A stretch of DNA of 64,000 bases from contig OX597818.1 in the NCBI GenBank assembly GCA_951406725.2, positions 63,488,001 through 63,552,000 on the forward strand, given 5' to 3'. The notes below the pieces were generated by a model. That model had not been told where the DNA came from, did no database searches, and saw only the letters and a program-made list of their open reading frames with translations. The translations under genes and the position numbers were made by a program. This DNA comes from Octopus vulgaris (lineage: Eukaryota). Shown piece by piece: positions 28,135-41,026 of the stretch (position 1 is the stretch's first letter; every line of letters begins with the position of its first letter).

Positions 28135-29478
28135 TCACGTACAAACATATACGTTTATTCCCATTTCTAACACACAAAGCACTGATGCAGTCGATTGTCA
28201 AAAGAAATTGCTAACCATTCCAATGATTATTCACACTATCAGCACTAAAAGCAAATATCTCAAGTTCTTTCCTATAAATATACACACGTAAAAAATAAAT
28301 AAATATTATAAATAGATTAATCTAAACAAGCATCTTTTCTGTCCGTTATTATTACGTAGAATGCTGATTGGCGATATGAATAAGAGGACGAGTTCTGAGT
28401 ACAGTAAGTGCATTGCACCCGTGAATATAAAAGGAAAGCATTATATAATATATTGAGAACCACTACACGGAGAGAATACAGCGGTGGATCTGCATTCCTT
28501 CATAATATATTCCTGCAAATAAAAGCCACATTGCGGTTTGACATTCAACATTAAAATGTGTTTGGGTTTTCGTTCTTTATTTCGTAATTATTTGTTGTTT
28601 TCGTACATTTCTTTTAAAATATTTTACGCGTTACTGGTTTCAGTCATTAAGCTGCTGTCATAATCGGGCACTGTTTTGAAGGGATTAATCGAACAAAGCT
28701 ACCCCCGCGTCATTTAGTTTTCTTTAAAATTCTGGGACATATCTCATGAGTTTTTTTTTTGCCGAATCGCTAAGTTATGGAACGTAGATAAATGAAGACC
28801 GGTTGTGAATAGGTGGCGGGAGACAAGCACTGCATAAATTAAGACATACGCATATATATACATACATACATTTATATATATATATATATTTCTGATGAAA
28901 CTACATGAGTAGTTGAAAGCGCTTATATGAAGTAAAAATATGTAATATGTAAATAAATATATATTTGTACAACCATCCAGCATTCTGAACATCTTTTTTC
29001 TTTCATATATGTATATATATATAAATTTCTCAAATTTCCTTCTAACAGATTCACGAAAAAAATTCATTCACCCTGGGGTTACCGTAAAATATATGTCTTC
29101 ATTGCCACTCAGTGTGACAGAACCCAACACTAGCAAACACCTTAACTGCACAACTCTGCCAGCTCCTATATGGAATTTTTTCTGCTACGTCTAAATGCGT
29201 ACTGTCTTAAGTACGACATTTTTCGGCCTCCAAGGTTAGCGTGTAAACCAGAGCAATCTTTGAACACAATATCATCACGGACTGAGCAGTGGGATCGAAA
29301 ACTAAACGAGTGGTTGCGAAAGGAATTTCTCAATCACACTTGCGTGTCTTTTTTTTTTTCTTTTTTTAGTCGATTTGTGACTAAAATCTAGGCCATGCCT
29401 TCTGATTCATGATAAAACCGGTGCTTGGATCTCTTTTGTATATCTTTTCGGAGCAGCCTTGAAGTCCTTGTTCTAAAC

Positions 29479-29511
<33 letters not shown>

Positions 29512-29986
29512 TGCCTTGTTTTTAAATCCTCAAAAAAGCAGCTCGTCTTATGGAATTTAATCCAAATCCTCAAAATTGGGCTAAATACATAATTCATATC
29601 GAATCGGTATCAACCTAATATTAGCTTTGCGTTCACTATTTACTATAGAACATCTGGATTATTTAACTGGTTTGAATTTCATATTGCTAGACTCATCGTG
29701 CTGATTATATTTACTGCACAATTCTTAAAGGCATCGCATATGATGAAACACTTCTTAAAATTAAATAATTCACAAGTGTGACAAATAGCGCCTCTTTTGA
29801 TGTTGCAATTCCTCCATCATTTTACTGTAAGGTAACTAAAAGAAATAATCATTGGCTCTGAAATTACCGCTTACCGATTATTCAGGATATCAGAGGAAAA
29901 AGGTCAGCAAAACCAAGGCAGGACGGGCATCTCAGGTCATTTAGAGATTTTAATCAGAGGAAGTTTAATTAGACATAATTAATACC

Positions 29987-30209
29987 TATTTCTTTACTAC
30001 CCACAATGGGCTCAGAGAGGGCAAACAAGGACCATCGGATTAAGTCTATTATATCGACCTCAGTGCGTAACTGGTACTTAATTTATCGACCCCCGAAAGG
30101 ATGAAAGGCAAAGTCGACCTCGGCGGAATTTGAACTCAGAACGTAACGGCAGACGAAATACGGCTACGCATTTCGCCCGGCGTGCTAACGCTTATGCCAG
30201 CTCGTCGCC
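29987..30209 (-). mobile_element. CORE-type SINE family B
   Basis: Near-full match to 788-1018. Confidence 0.85.
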
Positions 30210-30350
30210 GTCTTAATCAACACTTTACACCGTAATTAATACCTTACACCGATTTCGGCGATATCTATATGCGTGTATGTATATGCATTTGTGTGTGCAT
30301 ATGTATTTATGTTCCGATGTGAGTTCTCTGATATGCGCGTGTATAAGAGT

Positions 30351-30720
30351 GGAGGCGCAATGGCCCAGTGGTTAGTGCAGCGGACTCGCGGTCGTAGGAT
30401 CGCGGTTTCGATTCCCAGACCAGGCGTTGTGAGTGTTTATTGAGCGAAAACACCTAAAGCTCCACGAGGCTCCGGCAGGGGATGGTGGTGATGCCTACTG
30501 TACTCTTTCACCACAACTTTCTCTCACTCTTACTTCCTGTTTCTCTTGAACCTGTATTTCAAAGGGCCGGCCTTGTCACACTGAATATCCCCGAGAACTA
30601 GGTTCAGGGTACACGTGTCTGTGGAGTGCTCAGCCACTTACACGTTAATTTCACGAGCAGGCTGTTCCGTTGATTTGATCAACCGGAACCCTCGTCGTCG
30701 TAACCGACGGAGTGCTTCCA
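30351..30720 (+). mobile_element. SINE family C, tail type 2 (well preserved)
   Basis: A-box TGGCCCAGTGG and B-box GGTTTCGATTCC. Tail ends CCCTCGTCGTCGTAACCGACGGAG. Confidence 0.85.
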
Positions 30721-31155
30721 TTAGACAGAACCTATGAGCAGATGGTTTCCTCTTCGGAAAATGATAGTTATGCAAGTTACATAAAATAGGTGAGATAGAC
30801 TCACTTTTACAGTAAATTTCTTTTTTGACTAAACTACTTCTAAAACATTGCCTCATCACTTTCACCTGGATTTTCACCTGTAGAAGCGACCTTCTGCTTC
30901 AATCATTTATGAAATTTGTTCACATATAGAAATAATACTGTCTGGTAAGCGAAACTTTGACGACACTACAAAAAACATTTTCACGTTATTATTTCAGTCT
31001 TCACATCATTTTCGAATCGCTGCGTTATCTTTATTTAGTAACTGTTGTGAACACATATTTCACTGAATCGATTCAATTATCTGTATTGTCTATTATCTAT
31101 ATTCACATAAAGATTCGATATAGAACCGTGAACACAGACACACACACATACACAC

Positions 31156-31216
<61 letters not shown>

Positions 31217-31388
31217 ACATCCATACAATGACACGAAAGCATGAGAGGATTATGCATTATGGTTTTTGTTTAGTTCTATTGACATATGTGAGCAAGCATC
31301 TAGGTATGTATGTATGTATATATGCATGCATGTATGTATGTATGGATGGATGTATGTGTGTGTATGTATGTATCTATCTATACACCCA

Positions 31389-31426
<38 letters not shown>

Positions 31427-31571
31427 AATGTGTGTGTGTGTGTGTGTACATATCTATATCTGTATCTATCTCTCTTTATCTATCTTTCTGACTATCTATC
31501 TATCTATTTATTTATTTATTTGTCAATCCATCTTTTTATCTCTCTATCTCTCTATCTATCTGTTTATGTAC

Positions 31572-31609
<38 letters not shown>

Positions 31610-32402
31610 CGTGTGCGTTTGCATACCCGTGAATATGCATACATGTATACATATATGCATATCAATTATTCTTATTCAGTAGTATGCATATAAAGAATCT
31701 TGTGCTAATCCGAGAAACTTTATATTATATGATTTATTAGACAAATAATCAAATCATGGAAATTATGAATATACTCATTTGTGTATCTGTAAAGTTGCAT
31801 GTCTGCCAGCATGCAATGGAAATCTATCATTAATATCTTAAATTCTCTCATGTTTCAGTTCTCTGCGATATTTAAACTCTCTGCAATATGTGACATGCAA
31901 TTTTCCCAAAGTCCGTTTGCTTATCATAATGCTGGAATACGTCAAACAGTCGCATTTTTGGTTCTGATTCTCGTTCTTGCGACGGACATAAATGAAAAGT
32001 TCTGCAATAGACGAAATGTCTACAAGATTTTGCGAATGTACAATTAGATTAATTAGCTCGTTTTATGAAAATGCTGAATTTATGACTGCTGTAGAAATAT
32101 TAACAACATGAAAGCATTTGTAACTGTAAATATGTAAAATTTGCCATCAAATAGATAATAATTGAATAGTTTTAATTAGTTAGAGAATGAGAAATAGCGC
32201 CTATAACATTCTTAAATTCCCAAAGACTGAGAAATATTCTTGGAGTACAGTTGCAAGTTCAGCAGAATGAGAGATATAATGTCTGACCTCAGTAACGTTA
32301 GGAAAATACGGTTTACCAGGCGTATGAAGGAGAAAGAAGATATTCGGCGTACGGGTGTCCCAAGAAGTCGTTAGACAACCGATCGGAGTACAGCGACTTT
32401 CA

Positions 32403-32560
32403 TACGAGGCGGTGCTGAAAGGTTCATGGCTTTGAGTAAAAGAAACTATAGTAGGAGGAACAATTAATTATGGTTTTATTCAATATTTTAACCTCTCAGA
32501 TACACACTCCTATTGCAGTGGTCCCCCAGTCTTTCTAAGATCTGTAGAAGAACTCGGAGG
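32403..32560 (-). mobile_element. Mariner 3' end (TIR plus transposase C-terminus remnant)
   Basis: TACGAGGCGGTGCTGAAAGGTTC is a mariner-type terminus. Minus strand reads HCNRSVYLRG*NIE*, like the mariner C-terminal KCxxxxGxYxE motif. Confidence 0.65.
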
Positions 32561-32696
32561 TGGGAACTTCCGAAAAGACCTTTTTATGTATGTATATATC
32601 TATATATGTATGCATGTAAGTGTGCATTGTGTATGTATAAGTATAAATGTATGTCAGACTATTTATCTATCTATATATCTATTTATCTATCTATAT

Positions 32697-32730
<34 letters not shown>

Positions 32731-33745
32731 CCATTCACCATCTATATCTGTTTGTATGTGTATGTTTATATATATATATATATAAACACATGTATGTGTG
32801 TCGGTGTCTGTGCCCGTCTGTGTCTATATGTGCAGTTTAGTGAATTTTGTCAAGGCTTTCTGTAATATTTAAATCAGACTTGAAATTCTTCAGCAGCCAA
32901 CATATTGCCCACTGGCTATTGAACTTTAGGCATAAACAAGGAAATGAAGAAGAACAGAGAGATGGTTCATAATCCAAAATTCATTTCAAAAGTTCTGCGT
33001 AAATACAATTCTGAACAGCGGGAGACGGAGGTAAGTTCCAATTTGGTAACTTTGGGTCGCATGTGTGCGAATGAGCTGGTTTTATGTCAACACTGTATAA
33101 CTTTCTTAGATTAATTAATCGGATTTAGATGTTGTCATGCTGCATCATTTCATCACGCCGAAAGATTTGCGCAAACATTGCATGAAGATTGCAGAAAAGG
33201 CAGCGAATACATATGACTCGAAAGAGTGCTAGCAAATAACGGTTGCTCAATGTCTTTCTCCAAACGCAAAAAGACAATTACATGTTAAGAAATAACGAAC
33301 ACCTCCCGTACACATGCAGCAAGGCAAATATTCAAAAACCACATTAGGAAATACAACATGTTGGAGATTTCACTTACCGTCAAATATCAAACTGAGGATC
33401 AATGAAGCTCTCTTAAAAACACCTCAAATTTTCGACTGAAAACGGGGAAATGTTACATGACACAGATTAATTCTTGTAAAATTACCTTGCACTAAGATGT
33501 CCATTGGTTATTTACACCATCTTTGATTCTTTTTTGATATTGAAATTTCTTTCCATTTGGAATTCCCTGCGTCAAGTAATTTCAGCCTGATGACTAGCTA
33601 CGCACTAGCGAGCTACTCACGTAATACGTTCATAACTAGCTAACAAAATGTATTGTTCATTGGTCTAAAATTCCTGGTAATCCTAAAGCGATATACAAAG
33701 TGGAATTGCATCATGGAGCGACTTTGGAAATCCATAGTTCCATTA

Positions 33746-33826
33746 CCCTTGGGCATATGGCGTAGTGGTAAAGAGCGCGGAGGGTACTAACACCAAGTTT
33801 CCGAGTTCGATTCCAGGCAGTCAACG

Positions 33827-33857
<31 letters not shown>

Positions 33858-33862
33858 TATAA

Positions 33863-33933
<71 letters not shown>

Positions 33934-34162
33934 AGAAAAGAAGAAGAAGAAGAAGAAGAAGAACAACAACAACAACAACAACAACAACATCGAAAAATAC
34001 CTTAGGGATGAGAACCCAGGTTCGAAATTTTCTCATGACACTTGATGAAGCCGAAACGTTCTGTTAATAACAAACAAGATGAGGACAAATATCCGTCAAA
34101 TGTAAATAGTGTAAATAATGTAAATAATGTACATAATTCATCATCTCTTAAATATAGAACTG
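33746..34162 (+). mobile_element. Complete SINE family A copy
   Basis: tRNA-like head 33751-33827, compound trinucleotide tract, tail 33987-34162. The hammerhead remnant at 34037-34065 has helix II deleted and C3 changed to U. Confidence 0.85.
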
Positions 34163-34326
34163 TAAGGAAAAATATAGCCTTAAACTGTAAATTTCAATGT
34201 CACGGCAGCGAAAGCACAACCAACAGCAGAACGAATGATATTAACAGCATGAACCGTATTCTTGTGGCGATAGAAATTCGCCGTGTGTACCCATTTATTT
34301 TGCTTGCAATATATAAAAAAAAATAG

Positions 34327-34752
34327 GGCGGCGAGCTGGCAGAAGCGTTAGCACGCCGCGCGAAATGCTTAGTTTTATTTCGTCTGTCGTCACGTTCTGT
34401 GTTCAAATGACGCCGAGGTCGACTTTGCATTTCATACTTTCTGGGTCGATTAAATAAGTACCAGTTGCGTACTGGAGTCGATCTGATCGACTGGTCCCTT
34501 CCCCAAAAATTTCGGGACCTGTGCCTAGAGTAGAAAAGAATTTATAGAAAAAAATCAGGACGGTGAGCTTGCAGAATCCTTGGCACGCCGGGCGAATTGC
34601 TTAGCGGTATGCCTTCCTTCGTTACGTGCTGAGTTCGAATTACGCCGAGGTCGCACCACTTACGCACTGGGGTCAATATAATCGACTTAATCCCTCAGTC
34701 TGTCCTTGTTTGTCCCCTCTATATTTAGCCCCTTGTGGGCTATAAAGAAATA
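34327..34752 (+). mobile_element. Two CORE-type SINE family B copies with different 3' ends
   Basis: 34327-34522 ends GTGCCTAGAGTAGAAAAGAAT. 34558-34752 ends CCCCTTGTGGGCTATAAAGAAATA. Confidence 0.85.
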
Positions 34753-35171
34753 AATATATAGAGAAAATGGAGTTCGCATAAAACTCGTTTATGCCATGTG
34801 ACTGTCGTTTTTTAATTATTTAAACAAATCTACAACATTTATTATATATTCATTGGTGTACCTTTTATTTATGAAAATTTATCTCGACAATAAAAGTAAC
34901 AAAAAAACAAAAATGCTTCGCTTCATAAAGGCCTGACAATAGGTCGAAAATTAATTATTATGTACCTATATATTGAAGTTATTCATGAATATTCTAAAAC
35001 ATGCTTTCGGTTAATTATACCAAAATCGATTTATCGATTAATGAATGCAAAATTTGAAAGACATTTCTTTATTAATTTGCAATATATACTCCTAAAACGT
35101 AAATTGTTCACGTACACAAGTACTCATATAAGCACGCACAAACTCACACATATAAGTATATATGCTTATAT

Positions 35172-35229
<58 letters not shown>

Positions 35230-36019
35230 TGATACATACTTACACATATATATATATATATATGTGTCTGTGTGTATGTGTATATATATATACATATATT
35301 GTCTGTGTGCACGTCTTTGTCTGTGTCCTTGCCTCTGTCTCTGCACAGGAATTTATTTTCGGAGCAAATTTGTGGCAGATCACATGAATAGGAACGTAAA
35401 ATAATGGTACACTAGAATATCTATGCAATAATTATGAAGTATCATATTAAAAATGAATAGCAGGACGTGCTAAGATATGACAGCTGTACATCCTTTTTCT
35501 TAAATCCAACGTCAACGAGTTCCTTTTCTTTTATCTGATATAATATAATCTGAATGCGCTGCACCAGTAAATTCCACCATAATACATAAATATTTTTGCT
35601 GATAAATACTCCGAAACGCGTAAATACGCTTAATGATTTTTTTGAAGAGTTTCTTGGCAAATTTGCATTTTAATTATTGCATGCTAAAGCCTATTAATCT
35701 GGTACTATTTATATTAAAGTATAGCAGAAATGTATTATATGTTATATTTTTATAGTTATAACTTACTTATTTCAGTGTTTAGATTGTGGCCACTATGGGG
35801 CAACACCTTAAAAGATTTAATCGTTCTGTTCGATCCCAGTTCTTTAATTTTACATATTGGTTCTTACTCTATTATTCTTATTTTCCGAATTGCTAAGTTA
35901 TCGGTGCGTAGAGAAACCAAACACCGATTTTCAGGCGGTGGTTGAAGGCAAACACAAACTGAAAGACAAACGCACACTCTCATATAATATATAAATCTAT
36001 TTACATTATTATTATTATT

Positions 36020-36537
36020 CTATGTTTGACTTTTGCTTTATTTTTGTACAAGTTGACTCCAAGTTTCACCCAGAGACTTCAAGAGACAACAGGTTGGAAG
36101 TTCGTATTGTTGTTATGCCTAGTGTGCCATATATTTGGTTTTGTATTTAGTGTTGTACTAGTGAATGCCTAAAATAAAAACGAAATTTATGTTTGTTTTA
36201 AAACTTGAGATTAAATAGAAAGTATTTTGCGTAGGATATGAGCAGTTCCCATGAGCACTATCTTTTGAATTTCTGCCATTTTGGGGTTTCCTGGTATCTG
36301 AGTTAGGTAGCGATCAACCCCTTTTGCTATCATTCCCAGGGTACCTATGACAACAGGTATTGTTTTAGTCTTCAGGTTCCACATTTTGCTGATTTCTATT
36401 TCAAGATCTTTATATTTGCACAATTTTTGACAGATACGTTTATATAGATTGGGACAGTCATATCAATGAGGAGGCATGCTCTTTGTTTGAAGACTATCAA
36501 TATGATGTCTGGCCTATTTGCATCTATCTTTCTGTCA

Positions 36538-36540
<3 letters not shown>
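36020..36540 (-). mobile_element. 5'-truncated R4/Dong element: restriction-like endonuclease end plus 3' UTR
   Basis: DRKIDANRPDII...KYKDLEIEISKMWNLKTKTIPVVIGTLG...LMGTAHILRKILS. (AAT)n on both sides. Confidence 0.88.
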
Positions 36541-36607
<67 letters not shown>

Positions 36608-36629
36608 GTTGTTATCATTATTACTATTA

Positions 36630-36685
36630 AAGTGACTGCCTGGAATCGAACTCGACATTTTGTGGTTACTAGCCCGCGTTCTTCA
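36630..36685 (-). mobile_element. SINE family A head fragment
   Basis: Matches 182-240, followed on its own strand by (AAT)n. Confidence 0.7.
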
Positions 36686-37528
36686 CTGTGCTAAGCAAAT
36701 TACAAAACTTGATATGAGGTAAGTCGTTCCCATTGACTCTAGTGCTCAGGTGGTACCTATTTTATCGCCACCAAAATATTAAAGGCAATGTCCACCTCGG
36801 CAGAATTCGTACTCAGAACATGTCGACATAGGAAGCGCCGGTAAGCATTTTGTCCAACACTTTATCTATCATAAATAATAAGACACAATAAGGATCAATA
36901 ATAATGCCTTTAATAAATCGCTTGATCTGCAAAAACAATTTGTTTAGTTTCTTATGATCAAATTGGTAAAAGGCTTTGCATAGAGCGGACGAAGTTCTCC
37001 AGCATCCGAGAGCGTATTACGATGTGTACCTCTAACAGTTGTTGGAAAGACTGCATCAGTATACAGTCAGACGTTTGGGTAAGAATAATAGTTTAAGAGT
37101 CGAACATGGCTGATCAAATATGAGACAGAAGAAGATCTTCTTTGTAGTGGGTGCTCCTAATTACCCAATTTTACCTTGACATTATGCGACATTCACAGAA
37201 AGTTGCAATCTTATTTTAAGTATCGAAACGTTATTGATTCAGAACGGAATTATGGATGAACGAAAGCGTCAGCTTTGCATGCGGAAGAACATGAAGGAAG
37301 GGCAGGAAGACGGGACAAGCATTGATGCATTTACCATATGTAACATCTTGTACAACATAATATATTTCATTCACAGTGTACGGGTGCACGCGATATATGT
37401 CACATTATATAATGACATGCAATTTGCAATTTTCCCTTTCAAATATATATATATATAAACAAAAAATTCAGGGTGAATACTTGATAAATGTAAGCACCTG
37501 TATATGCCAGTTAGTGGTGGAGGTGTAG

Positions 37529-37570
<42 letters not shown>

Positions 37571-37677
37571 TCATTTTGCTGTCAGGTAGGAATATATCAA
37601 GCAAACCAAATATTCACACGATAATTATCATGCATGAGTATATACATACAAACATACATACATACATACATAATATA

Positions 37678-38295
<618 letters not shown>

Positions 38296-38298
<3 letters not shown>

Positions 38299-38480
38299 AT
38301 GACAACAAAAGAATGAATGAAACATCGATATTATGTGAAATTGAGGAATTTATCAATAAATGTATGTGACAATTAGTTGGTTGTCATAATAAAATTCAGA
38401 GTTTCGGATACCGGAGTTGAAGTCCGATCCAGTACCCGAAACTCTGAGTTTTATTATGACAACCAACTAATTGTCACATA
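38296..38480 (-). mobile_element. Fold-back copy of family F
   Basis: Arms 38363-38415 and 38428-38480 are near-perfect inverted repeats. Sequence aligns with 12640-12740 and 63360-63470. Confidence 0.8.
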
Positions 38481-38555
<75 letters not shown>

Positions 38556-38891
38556 CATGTGTGTGTAGGAGTGTGTATGTTTGTGTGTCCTTGTTTGTCC
38601 CCCAATGTCACTTGAGAACCGATGCTAGTTTGTTTACGTCCCCGTCACTCTCCGGAGAGAATTGAGGGACGAGAGGATACTAAACGAAACAAAACAACGC
38701 AGATTGGGATTTAGGACGGTGGGCTACAAAGGAAAGACGATCAAAATACGGCATTTGGGCCAAGATACATACTCAGTCAGACAGAAAGACACAGACATAG
38801 GCACATGTTTATGCGTATATATATATATATATTTTTTTTTTATTAAATTAGAGACAAAGTAAGTTTGGATTTATTCCCTAATATTTATTAT

Positions 38892-38938
<47 letters not shown>

Positions 38939-39011
38939 TATCAATATCAGGGTAGCAAAAAACTCAAGCTCAAGAGAAATTTTTTCGCCACGTCATTCCT
39001 TAAAATTGTAG

Positions 39012-39072
<61 letters not shown>

Positions 39073-39605
39073 GAGGAGAATCAATGACGTGCATCAAAAG
39101 TGAATGGGGGAAGATGCAAATCATTACAAAATGTGTCACTTTAAGTAGTTGCTAGAGGGTAACTTAGAAATGTAAAAGTACTCCATAGAATTCATGCATA
39201 TCTGTAAAAAATGACAGGTAAACAGCTGTGTAGATAAGGTTTATGAAAATAGGAGTTACTGCACTCGGTTTCCTGTGATATACAAAGAGAATGAAGCTGA
39301 ATGGGATTCTTGTAAAATTTTCTGCAAAGAATTAAGCAAAGAAAAAGACGCAGGTAATCGTGATTAGGATAACTATTCTGGAAACTCGAAAGGTAAGAAA
39401 GAAGGCATCAGAACATTGTAGATAGTGAATAACAGTTTATAATTGTCCTGAAAGTCATGAAGCAGATTTCACATCATGGGAAAAAACATGGGCTTATGGA
39501 GGGAAAAAACCCTTAAAATCGTTCTGTCTGTAGAATATACAAGCAAAATATAGAGAATCCTGAAAGAAAATGAAATATTATTTTCCCATTTTAAACTGTG
39601 CCATC

Positions 39606-40030
39606 ATCGAGTTATGGAATCTGTGCTTCTATATTGATCTCCGGCTTGGACTCTCCCCAATAGACTCAGGTGTATGATGGACGGATACTATACCAGAATG
39701 ACACGTTCTCAACATGGTAGTTCTCAACATCTATAGGAGGTAGCATCCTACAAGACAACGGTTATATGGGAAAGTAACAATTTTCTCATCAATTTCCAAG
39801 TGCTGAGATTGAGTTTTTGCTGGCCACTGCCTCTGGAGAGGTAAAGAACAATTTTTGAGTAATATGTTGCTGTGGACACCAAATCATGGTACCAGAGCGA
39901 TTGGAAGACCATGGAATACGTAGATGGAAGATGATGGATGCAAAGTTGAAGATCTAAAATCCCTATTAGAACAATGGAATGGATTCAGGGATGTAATCAT
40001 GCTGGCCCGGGCAATCAGCTTGACTGGATT
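39606..40030 (+). mobile_element. Degenerate RTE-clade LINE 3' fragment
   Basis: VMESVLLY*SPAWTL...MDGYYTRM and FAGHCLWRGKEQFLSNMLLWTPNHGTRAIGRP are typical of RTE C-termini. Confidence 0.75.
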
Positions 40031-40455
40031 TGCCTCGATAAATGAAATAGAAATCTTGTAGTTGACAAAGGTACGGGTGTCAAATACTCAAATTTTAGTC
40101 AATTATTCTAAACAAAATTTCAGTGTTTGGTAAGTTTTATCCACTACCTTGAGATATAATACATTCAAAATGCTAAAACTCCAATGGAAATTAAAACAAT
40201 ATAACGCACTTATACCTCCCAGCTATTATGACGCTATAAATTCATCGTAAATGGCATCGTCTTTTGAAGTAGATTATATAGTAATGTGTGAAATGTATAC
40301 TTCAGAGAGAATATATATATACATACATAAGTGTGTCTGTGTGTCTCTGTGTTGGTGTCTGTGTAAATTGATGAATGTGTTACTTTGAAGCTACTGATTC
40401 AAGCTTTCGGTCCCCGGCTATAAACATACATATCTCTCTCATTCTTTATAACCAA

Positions 40456-40500
<45 letters not shown>

Positions 40501-40577
40501 ATATATATACATAGATATATATTTATATATATATACATACATATATATATCCATATATATATATATATATATCCATA

Positions 40578-40640
<63 letters not shown>

Positions 40641-40982
40641 TCAAAATTTTTAACGTATGGGTCATAAGTTAATAATATATCAACTAATCTATATTTCCGT
40701 TTATATTGTTTACATTGAACGCAGACAGGTTGAATAAATACTGAAAGCTAACATTTACGTAAAATGTTAGGGGAGAGCATGATCTGAGTGATGTCATTTT
40801 AAATCGGAGTTCAAAGTATATCGATATGAAATTTAAATGAAATTTCGAACATTCTACGTTCGGCGAAAGAGTCACAGAATGGACATTTGTAGAGGAAGAC
40901 GTAATTACGGAAAATAGCAATTTATTCTATTGGTAGGTATGCATCACGAAACAAAGATTGCATGAGCGACTTTGAGAACGAG

Positions 40983-41026
<44 letters not shown>

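Noticed and set aside
33583-33620. CUGAUGA followed by a CUAG hairpin
   Set aside because: No GAAA box.
40395-40417. Minus-strand GACC-GAAAGCUU, like a hammerhead 3' half
   Set aside because: The 5' core is absent and the match is too short to support.
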